Below are positions 1-9,670 of a DNA stretch of 42,071 nucleotides, piece by piece. Made by a program: the position numbers and the translations under genes. The number at the start of each line of letters is the position of its first letter. Within the stretch, counting starts at the first letter, position 1. The notes under the pieces are model-generated. The model saw only the letters and a list, made by a program, of their open reading frames with translations, was not told the DNA's origin and made no database searches. The stretch is from Octopus bimaculoides. Taxonomy: Eukaryota. Location: the NCBI RefSeq assembly GCF_001194135.2, contig NC_068987.1, positions 16,903,324-16,945,394 on the forward strand, given 5' to 3'.

Positions 1-279
1 GTGTTTTCGCCTCTGGCATTAGGAGCGGGAAGTCGGCCTCGTTGAAAACCTTAGCCATATTCGTTTTAAAGAATATGGCTAGGAACGAGGAAGATATGTT
101 TGAATTTTTGGAAATAAGGCTCTAAATAGAGCTATTTCCGATTTGAAAAATATATGTTCACGAAGTATTTTGTGTTATACACAACTTATACAAAATTTTA
201 AAACAAAATAGGTCTTTTAAGAGGTGAAAAATGCAACTTACATGGGAGCCGATGTGTCTACCGTCCGTCCATGATGATA

Positions 280-280
<1 letters not shown>

Positions 281-325
<45 letters not shown>

Positions 326-358
326 CCATGCTTACATACATACATACATACAAACATA
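281..358. repeat. (GATA)n followed by (TACA)n microsatellites
   Basis: Read directly: tagatagata... at 281-325, then tacatacata... up to the TA at 357-358 that borders the mariner end. Confidence 0.95.
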
Positions 359-825
359 CGAGGTGGTATCAAAAAGTTTCCGGACTAGTTATCTTTAATA
401 AAATATATCTTATTTACTTTAGTTTTAACTCCATCTCCTTCGAAATAGTCTCCTTGCACAGTGATACGCTAGTCCGAGTGTTCCTGCCACTTTTTGAATC
501 CGGTCAGGAAGTCGTTTTCCGTAAATGAGTCGAAGACCTTCTACGATTCGTTCTGGATCTCGACAACGTTGTTAAAACGGCGGCCTTTGAACTGCATTTT
601 AATCTTGAGGAAGAGGCGGAAGAACGCAGGTGCTAGATCTGGGGGAATAGGGTGGTGCGGAAGCGATACCATATTGTTTTTGCAGAGAAACTCACGAGCT
701 TGGTGACTGAGTGCGTTGTCATCGTTGAAGAATCTAATACTTCGCGCTCCACAGACTCGGTTGCTTTCACGCTGCCCTCCCTCAAACGCTTGAAAGCGTC
801 CTTGATTGACCTTGTTCCCTACACC
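357..825 (-). mobile_element. Decayed Tc1/mariner element, 3' part of transposase plus terminal inverted repeat
   Basis: Manual minus-strand translation gives DDNALSHQAREFLCKNNMVSLPHHPIPPDLAPAFFRLFLKIKMQFKGRRFNNVVEIQNES*KVFDSFTENDFLTGFKKWQEHSD*RITVQGDYFEGD. This matches mariner catalytic-domain motifs (HDNAPAH, PHPPYSPDLAP.D..LF, GDYFEG). KRLRE lies upstream in another frame. The element ends in TA+CGAGGTGGTATCAAAAAGTTTCCGGACT at 357-386. Internal stops and frameshifts are present. Confidence 0.9.
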
Positions 826-938
826 TTTAGGATGAATGGTTGTATATCATCTTATACCTTTTCATCCTGTTTTGTATATTTTCATGGGTCAACTATTAAA
901 ATTGGATTTGAATGTTTTCTAATTTTATTCGCTGCATA

Positions 939-1029
939 TTACTACTACTACTACTACTAATAATAATAATAATAACAACAATAATGTAGTATCCCATATT
1001 TTATAATATTTTATAATATTTTATAATAT
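939..1029. repeat. (CTA)n/(TAA)n microsatellite plus 10-bp unit ATATTTTATA x3.4 (996-1029)
   Basis: Read directly from the sequence. Confidence 0.9.
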
Positions 1030-1143
1030 GTATGAATCATTCTGGATATTGCATCCAAATGTTCATAGGTCATTTTCATTATTATTATTATTATAATAAA
1101 GTATTTTCAATGGATCAGTTTTGAGCTCTATTTAAAATCGATG

Positions 1144-1420
1144 NNNNNNNNNNNNNNNNNNNNNNNNNNNNNNNNNNNNNNNNNNNNNNNNNNNNNNNNN
1201 NNNNNNNNNNNNNNNNNNNNNNNNNNNNNNNNNNNNNNNNNNNNNNNNNNNNNNNNNNNNNNNNNNNNNNNNNNNNNNNNNNNNNNNNNNNNNNNNNNNN
1301 NNNNNNNNNNNNNNNNNNNNNNNNNNNNNNNNNNNNNNNNNNNNNNNNNNNNNNNNNNNNNNNNNNNNNNNNNNNNNNNNNNNNNNNNNNNNNNNNNNNN
1401 NNNNNNNNNNNNNNNNNNNN
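1144..1420. other. Assembly gap (first of 10)
   Basis: N-runs at 1144-1420, 7096-7105, 10718-11276, 12373-12896, 14173-14483, 20730-21039, 26302-26620, 29436-29909, 30866-30953 and 40865-41097. Most are flanked by (TA)n or (TACA)n. Confidence 0.99.
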
Positions 1421-1450
1421 TATATATATATATATGTGTGTGTATACATA

Positions 1451-1814
1451 CAGTGGTTAGGGCAGCGGACTCGCGGTCATATAATCGCGGTTTCGATTCC
1501 CAGACCGGGCGTTGTGTGTGTTTATTGAGCGAAACACTTAAAGCTCCACGAGGCTCCGGCAGGTGATGGTGGTGAACCCTGCTGTACTCTTTCACCACAA
1601 CTTTCTCTCTCTCTTACTTCCTGTTTCTGTTGTGCCTGTAATTCAAAGGGTCGGCCTTGTCACACTGTGTCACGCTCAATATCCTCAAGAAATACGTTAA
1701 GGGTACACGTGTCTGTGGAGTGCTCAGCCACTTGCACGTTAATTTCACGAGCAGGCTGTTCCGTTGATCGGATCAACTGGATCCCTCGACGTTGTAAGCG
1801 ACGGAGTGCCAACA
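1451..1814 (+). mobile_element. tRNA-derived SINE, family A (working label), 5'-truncated by about 16 nt
   Basis: Starts CAGTGGTTAGGGCAGCGG and has B-box-like GGTTTCGATTCCC. The body is collinear with the copies at 5271-5617 (-) and 12168-12372 (+). Ends GACGGAGTGCCAACA before a TA tract. Confidence 0.9.
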
Positions 1815-1852
1815 TATATATACATATATATATTATATAAGATGTCTATCAA

Positions 1853-1883
1853 TCACTCACTCACTCACTCAATCAATCAATCA

Positions 1884-1932
<49 letters not shown>
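1853..1932. repeat. Compound (TCAC)n(TCAA)n(TCTA)n tetranucleotide microsatellite
   Basis: Read directly from the sequence. Confidence 0.95.
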
Positions 1933-1933
<1 letters not shown>

Positions 1934-2002
1934 GGTATATGGTTAATAATATCAAAATAGAATAAAAATCTTTTACAAGAATTTTATCAGGAAGCTAATG
2001 TA

Positions 2003-3967
2003 TAAGTACGTACGTACATTTGTTCGTTAGTTCGTTCGTCCGTTCGTTCGTTCGTACTTACGTACGTAAGTTCGTTCGTACTTACGTACGTATGTTCGTT
2101 CGTTCGTTTGTACTTATGAACTTACGTTCCTACGTTCGTGCTTCGTTCGTTCGTTCGATCGTTCGTTCGTTCGTTCGCTCGTTGGTATGTACGTATGTAC
2201 GTTCTTTCGTTCGTTCATTCGTTCTTACGTACGTACTTTCATTCGTTTGTTCGTTCGTACGTTCGTTCGTTCGATCTTTCGTTCGCTCGTTCGTTCGTAC
2301 GTTCGTACGTAAGTACGTTTGTTCGTTCGGTTGGTCGTTCATTCGTACTTATGTACGTACATACGTTCGTTCGTTCGTACATTCGTTCGTTCCTTCGATC
2401 ATTCGTTCGTTCGTTGATTCGATCATTCTATCGTTCGCTGGTCCGATCATTCGATCGTTCGTTGGTTCGATCATTCGATCGTTCGTTGGTTCGATCATTC
2501 GATCGTTCGTTCTTTCGTTCTTTCGTTCGGACCTACGTACATACTTACCTTCGTTCGGACCTACTTACATACTTACCTTCGTTCGTTCCTTCATTCGTTC
2601 TTTCTTTTGTTCGTTCGATAGTTCGTTCGTCGTTCGTTCGTTCGTTCGTTCTTACGTACGTTCGTTCGCTCGATCGTTCGTACGTACGTACTTACGTACG
2701 CACATCTGGTCGTACGTTCGTTCGCTCGTTCGGTCGTACTTACGTTTGTTCGTTATTTCGTACATTCGTTCGTTCGTTCGTTCTTTCGATTGTTCATACG
2801 TATTTACGCACGTAAGTTCGTTCGTTGTTCGTTCATTCGTTCATTCGTACTTTTGTTCGTACGTATGTTCGTACGTACGTTCGTTCGGTCGGTCGTTCGA
2901 TCTTTCTTTCTTTCGTTCGTTCGTTGTTTCGTTCATTCGTACGTACGTTCATTCGCTCATTCGTACGTAAGTACGTACGTATGTACGATCGTTTGTTCGT
3001 TCGTACGTACGTACTTAGGTACGTCTTTATGTACGTACGTACGTACGTTCGTTCTTTCGTTCGTTCCTTCCATCGTTCGGTCGTTCGATCGTGCGTTCTT
3101 ACGTGCGTACTTACGTACGTTTGTTCGTTCGTACGTAGGTACATTTGTTCTTTCGTTCGTTCTTTCGTTCGTACGTACGTACGTTCGTTCGTACGTTCGT
3201 ACTTTCTTACGTTTGATCGTTCGTTCATTCGTACGTAAGTACGTACGTTCGTTCGTTCGTACGTACGTACGTACGTTCATTCGTTCGTTCGTTCGTACGT
3301 ACGTAGGTATGTTCGTTCATTCCTTCGTTAGTTCTTTTGTTCGTTCGTTCTTTCGTTCGTTCGTTCGTTCGTTCATTCGTTCGTTCGTAGTACGTACGTA
3401 TGTACGTATAGACATTCATTTATTCGTTCGTACGTACGTTCGTTCGTACGTACGTTCGTTCGTTCGATCGTTCGTTCGTTCTTTCGTCCGTACGTACATA
3501 TGTACGTACATTCGTTCGTTAGTTCGTTCGTTCGTTCTTATGTATGTACGTACCTACGTACTATCATTCGTTCGTAAGTTCGTTCTTTCGTTCGTTCTTT
3601 CGATCGTTCTGTCGTTTGTTCGTTCGTTCGTACGTACGTACGTTCTTGCGTTCGTACGTACATGCGTACTTACGTACGATCGTTCTTTCGTACGTTCGTT
3701 CATTCGTTCGCTCGCTCGTTCGTACTACGTACTTTCGTTCGTTACATCATATGTACTTACTTTCGTTCGTTCGTGTGTTCGTTCATTGGTACGTATGTAC
3801 GTACGTAAAAACTTACGTTCGCTTGTTCGTTGTTTCGCTCTTTCGTTCGATCGTTTGTTCGTTCGTTCGTTCGTACGTCCGTACGTACGTACGTTCGTTC
3901 GTTCATCCGTTCTTTTGTACGTGTCTACGTACATACTTACCTTCATTCGTTCGTTCGTTCGTTCGTT
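2003..3967. repeat. About 2-kb compound (TTCG)n/(TACG)n satellite with higher-order units
   Basis: Continuous 4-nt-register array of TTCG and TACG units with ATCG, TTCT, TTCA, TTTG, TACA and TATG variants. A 24-bp unit occurs x4 at 2409-2504 and a 28-bp unit x2 at 2525-2580. Confidence 0.97.
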
Positions 3968-4095
3968 TTCAACCAAATGGTTTCGGGTTGAGTCCCACTG
4001 CGGGGCACCTTGGGCAAGTATCTTCTACTATAGTCGCTGGCCGACCAAATCCTTGTGAGTGGACTTGGTAGACGGAAACTAAAAGAAGCCTGTCT

Positions 4096-4149
<54 letters not shown>

Positions 4150-4150
4150 A

Positions 4151-4182
<32 letters not shown>

Positions 4183-4194
4183 ATATATATATGC

Positions 4195-4234
<40 letters not shown>

Positions 4235-4438
4235 GAATGTTTCTGTTTGTTTGTCCCTCACCATCGCATGATAATCGAAGTGGGTGTATTTACGTCCCCG
4301 TAACTTAGCGTTTCGACAAAAGGAACCGATAGAATAAGTAGTAGGCTTACAAAGAATAAGTCCTGGTGTCGATTTGTTCGACTAAATTCGGTGCTCCGGC
4401 ATGGCCGCATTCAAATGACTGAAACAAATAAAGGAATA
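3968..4438 (+). mobile_element. SINE family C (CORE-like central motif, internal microsatellite), head truncated
   Basis: Contains GGCACCTTGGGCAAGTATCTTCTACTATAG, similar to the CORE-SINE motif GACCTTGGGCAAGT. Internal (TA)n(TG)n at 4098-4235. The 3' part CATGGCCGCATTCAAATGACTGAAACAAATAAA is shared with the copies at 27624, 30455 and 35534. Confidence 0.85.
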
Positions 4439-4494
4439 TAGGCAAAATAACTAGATCTAAAATCTCTATACAAGATGCAAGTAGTGACTCTACT

Positions 4495-4844
4495 AAAAAA
4501 TAATGGTTGTTACCACTTGAACGTGGTTGTTCCGTATAGAACACTGTTACTAATCTTTTTGGCCCCAGATGGACATCTCCTCCAACTGGTTAACTAGACA
4601 CTGCGTCCGTTACACTGCAAACAAGGGCGCGAACAGGTCTCATCCAGTGGTGACAGGAACCAATAGACTAGCTGGTTAGTAGGTATTACCTTTCCTGGGT
4701 ACGGGTTATATTGTGTTTGAAATATAACGGACACAGATAGTGTGTCGTTAACCAGCTGGTGGAGGTATTCTTGTGGGGTCAAAAAGAGCAGTAGCAGTTT
4801 TCTGTATGGAACAACCATCTTGAAGTGATAGTAAATATTGTTTA
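4495..4844. mobile_element. Imperfect foldback / MITE-like element with about 120-bp inverted arms
   Basis: Left arm GGTTGTTCCGTATAGAACACTGTTACTAATCTTTTTGGCCCCA versus reverse complement of right arm GGTTGTTCCATACAGAAAACTGCTACTGCTCTTTTTGACCCCA. Similarity continues through CTGGTTAAC and GTCCGTTA to CAAACA. Confidence 0.8.
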
Positions 4845-5270
4845 CACACACACACATACACACAAACACACACACACACACACATACACACACACACACA
4901 TGGACACACACACACATATATATGTATGTATATGCATATATACGCATATATGGTCTTTTGTTGCAGATATTAAACGGTATAAGCATAGCAATTTTGATAT
5001 GATAAATACAGTGTAAAAGTTTCTCAAAAGTATTGTCAATGTATCTCAAAGAAATACTTCACAATAACGTATATTTAATGAACGCAATCGAACAGTTGTG
5101 GTAGAAAGCGAGAAATTGAGGGAGAACAAGAGAGATTAGGAGGACGGAGTGGTGTAAACAAAAGTATTAAATAAAATGACAACAACAGTTATGGACCAAA
5201 TGCGTAATTGAAAATAAGACAGTGAAGAATACAAGCGAAGGAACAAAGATTTTGAAAGTAACATTAATGT

Positions 5271-5617
5271 TGTTTTTGTTGTTATTGGCACTCCGTCGCT
5301 TACGACGTCGAGGGTTCCAGTTCAAACCCTATCAACGGAACAGCCTGCTCGTGAAATTAACGTGCAAGTGGCTGAGCACTCCACAGACACGTGTACCCTT
5401 AACGTAGTTCTCAGGAATATTCAGCGTGATACAGTGTGACAAGGCAGACCCTTTGAATTACAGGCACAACAGAAACAGGAAGTAAGAGTGAGAGAAAGTT
5501 ATGGTGAAAGAGTACAGCAGGGTTCGCCACCATCCCCTGTCGGAGCCTCGTTTTCGTTCAGTAAACACTCACAACACCCGGTCTGGGAATCGAAACCGCG
5601 ATCCATTGCGCCTCCAC
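5271..5617 (-). mobile_element. SINE family A, flanked by an 11-bp TSD, with a 35-nt deletion in the tRNA head
   Basis: Reverse complement of the 1451-1814 copy. AACATTAATGT occurs at 5260-5270 and 5618-5628. The tail is AAC-rich. Confidence 0.92.
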
Positions 5618-5816
5618 AACATTAATGTAGTAGTACAATAAAAGCAAATTCAACTTAGGTAGTAGCCCAAGGCATTCATTACTCAAATGAGCATGGTTAA
5701 CACATTTGTCTATAACTAAATGAAACTTGTAGTTTTGATCTGATAATATTTTCACAAATATTCTCAAAGAAAATCTTTGTAAACCGTTATTTTTTCATGA
5801 AAACAATTGAATAGTG

Positions 5817-6097
5817 TCATGGAGAGCGAGCGAGGAATAGAATCAAAGAGAGAGAAATAGAGAGAGAGAGAGAGAGAAGGAGTGAGAGAGAGAGAGAGAG
5901 AGTGAGAGAGAGAGTGAGAGAGAGAGAGAGAATGACTGTGAGAGAGAGAGAGAGAGACAAGGAGTGAGAGAGAGAGAGAGAGAATGAGTAAGAGAGAGAG
6001 AGAGACAATGAGTGAGAGAACGACAAAGAGTGAGAGAGAGAGAGAGAGAGAGAGACAAGGAGTGAGAGAGAGAGAGAGACAAGGAGTGAGAGAGACA
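5817..6097. repeat. Interrupted (GA)n microsatellite with recurring GACAAGGAGTGA motif
   Basis: Read directly. Explains the SLSLSL ORFs 5817..6128 and 5843..6082. Confidence 0.95.
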
Positions 6098-6233
6098 TAT
6101 TTTGATAAAAATATATTAAAATAGACATTTATAAGAATTTTCTACACATTTTAAACATTAATAATTGCATTCTCTAAAGAATGGTTACATAATTCCCACA
6201 ATGTAACAAGCAGCTTTCTTTCTTATAGTATAG

Positions 6234-6235
<2 letters not shown>

Positions 6236-6286
<51 letters not shown>

Positions 6287-6298
6287 CATTATTATTAC

Positions 6299-6349
<51 letters not shown>

Positions 6350-6372
6350 CATTATTATTATTATTATCATTA

Positions 6373-6450
<78 letters not shown>

Positions 6451-6471
6451 CATTATTATTATTATTTATTA

Positions 6472-6536
<65 letters not shown>

Positions 6537-6537
6537 G
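6236..6537. repeat. About 300-bp (ATT)n microsatellite
   Basis: Read directly. Explains the poly-Ile and poly-Asn ORFs. Confidence 0.97.
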
Positions 6538-7559
6538 TTGTTGTTATCGTTGTATCTTGCTCTTGAAAGATGTATTTACATGGAGCTCCTGCTTCGTATT
6601 TACAATTCGTTAATTTTTTTTTTATTCCTACAATTGAATTATTATTTCTGTGTTGCATTTCTGCTTGGAAAGGTGAGAGGTTTTCTTTTGCGTTCTTTTA
6701 TTGCTTGGAGGAAAAAAGATATTTTTGAATGCAGTTTCTTTTCCTGGTTTCCATTCATTCAGAAATGACCAGAAGGCAGACGTAAAGACAATGTCCACCC
6801 AAAGAAAAAAATTTCAAAATGAAAACAATCACGCATAAGAAGAAACGAGAATAATGAAAAAAGTCTTATACATTGGCGCTCGTATGAACGATTCTAGTCA
6901 TCTTTGAGAACAACAACAACAACAACAACAACAACAACGAAAACAATTACAAGAATAAAAGCAGGAACAGCAAGAGCAGCAACAACACTTACAAAAAAGA
7001 TTTAATAACAACTCAAGTAAATCTGCTGACGTTAATAGAAAGCGACAAATTTCGGACATGGAACTAATCCAGTCGGTAAAAGAAGCATGACAGTANNNNN
7101 NNNNNTAATTGGCTGTGGAATCTTATTTGTTACCACATCAATTAAAGTATCTGTATTTAATATTTCTCTCCATGTTCTCTAAGAATACCAAAAAAAAAAA
7201 AAACCCAAAAAACTATGCAATCCTTCCTTTATAGAATGATTACTTAAAACAGAAATTATTAATAAATGCGCATGTAAGTCAGTGCATATAATAACAACGA
7301 GTTAATATATTTTTGCAAAGAAGAAATATAGAGAAACAAAAATTTAGAAAAAAAAAAAAAAACATTCAGAGATAATTTTAAACATGTCTTACAACAAAGA
7401 TATAAATGCTAAAGAACATTATAATTAATATTTATAAAATAAATATATTATTACTTGGAAAATGTCATTCTCAAAAATCTATAAAAATATAAAATAATTT
7501 CAAATTAATTAATTATTTAATTAAATTCATGGTAAGTTTCAGTCTATGTGATAGGTGAA

Positions 7560-8742
7560 CACTGAGAAATAACACGATTTTCTTGCGCCCGAATAACTAA
7601 ATCAAAGAAAATATTATAAATTTACAATTGAAAATCATGCAATTTCGTGCTCGTATTTGGCTGACTGTTTATTCAAAGTAAAGGGCAGAGGGTGTTATGA
7701 GAATAAAGAGCAGACACTTCTTTGGTTTGTAGAACTATATTCAAGTTATTGAAGATCACACATGGATCGTTTCTTATTGAAAATGAAGCAACAGCAGTTG
7801 CAGATTTGGGGCTCAGTGTAGATAGACTTAATCTATTCTTCTGGTCAATCCAAATAAACTACAAGACTAAAAACGTCACAGCTGACTCAACATCCTCCGA
7901 GAGAAGCTGGTATGTTCTCATAAAGCAGGTGAGATCACATCTGAGGCAACGTAGGTATTGCAACGTTTCTCCTGATATGATTATTTTTACATTTTTTCCT
8001 ATTCTTCAGATTTCAGTCGTTGTAGTTAGGATTCAACCATCTTTTGCTGTAGCACCTTCAGGTCGTGGACGGGGAGTTCTCTTGCTCGTTTCTCATCTAA
8101 ATAATTTATGCTCTTTTCATTCAGATTGAAGATCGTAACAATGGCCAAACCTACAATGACTTCAGCTAAACGCTCTGTCTCAAACAATTCAAAGCTCATT
8201 GAAGAGACAAAATCAGATAAAATGCTCTTCAAGAATTGCTAAAACACTCAGAAGCTTGTTTGTGTGACTTCGCTATTGAACTTATAACATCTGTAGTGAA
8301 GTGGTTTTTATCCAAATCTCTTTCACTATCATATCAGCATATGACGTCACTTCAAAAAGGCCTTGGGCATAATTGATGTATAATTTGATGCATGCAATCA
8401 ATGTATTTGTACTCAGGCACTTGCTCAGGAGGAATGTTAAGGTAAGAAACATATTTTGATAAAGTCAACGCATTTTGTCGATTGGCCCATGAGATTGAGT
8501 TGGTGTGCTGTACAAAAAATAAACGAACATTGAAAGACTCTTTAATGGATGCAATGGGAGGAAGCACTTCAGTGAACCACGCAAGAAACAGGCTCATTGT
8601 AACTCAGACCTTGAAATTGGAGGCCCATTAAGCACCGAGCATGTTCTTGTTAAATATTTTCTGAAAGCTTTGGAGTCTTCTGAATGCTACATTAGAAGTG
8701 GTTTCACTTTCAATCTTCCCGAAGTATTAGTGTAGAAAAGTA
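7560..8742 (-). pseudogene. Heavily decayed hAT-superfamily transposase (ZMYM1/FAM200-like type)
   Basis: The minus strand gives GLSYN...FQCSFIFCTAHQLNL with 34-aa spacing from S to H, the same as the hAT pattern I recall (SYDG...FIHCxAHxLNL). Downstream, in shifted frames, are FLTLTFLLSKCLSTNTL, RSHTNKLLSV and LFILITPSA (dimerisation-domain-like). There are many stops and frameshifts. Boundaries are approximate. Confidence 0.62.
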
Positions 8743-9115
8743 ATGCCTTCTTCTGCTGCACGCGACAACGCCCGCCCTCATATCGCCAATATGAGAACGG
8801 AAGCCATTCAAACGCATGGCTGGGAAATGCTGCCACACCCGTCGTACTCTCCTGATTTGGCACCAAACGGATTTCCACCTCTTTCGATCTGTTTCAAATG
8901 CTATGCGCGGAGTTTCGCGCAATACTGATGCAGAATTGAGAGCTTTCGAGTCGAAATCGGGTGATTTCTACCAACGAGATATTGAAAATCTTGTTGAACG
9001 TTGGGAAGAAGTTGTAAGCAACAAGGGTGAATACATTATTGATTAATTAGTTGTTATTTTTTATTAAAGCTTTTTAAAAATTTAAATAAAAAAAAAACGG
9101 CGGGAACTCTTAATT
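8743..9115 (+). mobile_element. Decayed mariner transposase 3' fragment plus partial TIR
   Basis: ORFs 8743..8928 and 8816..9046 join by frameshift to give DNARPHIANM...HGWEMLPHPSYSPDLAP/TDFHLFRSVSNAMRG...ENLVERWEEVVSNKGEYIID*, the mariner C-terminal signature. It is followed by the TIR-like sequence AAAAAACGGCGGGAACT. Confidence 0.93.
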
Positions 9116-9417
9116 TTTCTTGATACATATCCTTAAAAGAAGGATGCGAACAAAAGGAAATAATTCATCATTACATTTAAGGCATCGAAACAAACATTCT
9201 TTATCTTACTTTTTAACTTGTATTTTGTATGGAAGTCAAAAGCATTCGTTGCCGCGATTTTCGTTACCACAGACGTTGCTTACCAAAGAATTTAGTTTGA
9301 CAAGTCTGCTAAACATAGCCTTTAAATCTTCAAAATGACAGTTATATAAAAAGGAAGTGCCTTTATGGCAAATTGAATGATATATAAAAAGGAAGGACAC
9401 ATTGGAAAATGTAGCTC

Positions 9418-9670
9418 TAAGTGGTGAATTGCAGAACTGTTAGATCTTCTTAGAAAATACCTCACGGTATTTGTCTCAACTCTCTGTGCTCCGAGGTCAA
9501 ATCCCATCAACAACAATTTTTATTTTCATCCTTTCGGATTCGATTTAAAAAAATTGTCAATGCATGTTAGTGGATCGGCGGAAATGTAAGAATTTCGTAC
9601 TGGTTGCTTTGAGGTAGTTGGTCTACTTCTTTGCGTTCTGAGTTCAAATCACATCAAGGTTGAATTGGAT
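9418..9670 (+). mobile_element. Two old, degraded family E SINE fragments in tandem
   Basis: TGAATTGCAGAACTGTTAG...GAGGTCAAATCCC...TTTCATCCTTTCGGATTCGAT, then GCGTTCTGAGTTCAAATC. Both resemble the family E head and core. Confidence 0.55.

Noticed and set aside
2020-4071. Long ORFs of up to 422 aa (2020..2970, 2790..4058 and others) and antisense NERT-repeat ORFs
   Set aside because: They are translations of the TTCG/TACG satellite, which rarely forms stop codons. The peptides are just RSFV/RTYV repeats with no domain or splice evidence.
7722-8690. Plus-strand ORF 7722..8129 and other plus-strand coding-like frames
   Set aside because: They are better explained as antisense shadows of the minus-strand hAT fossil, which carries the diagnostic motif.
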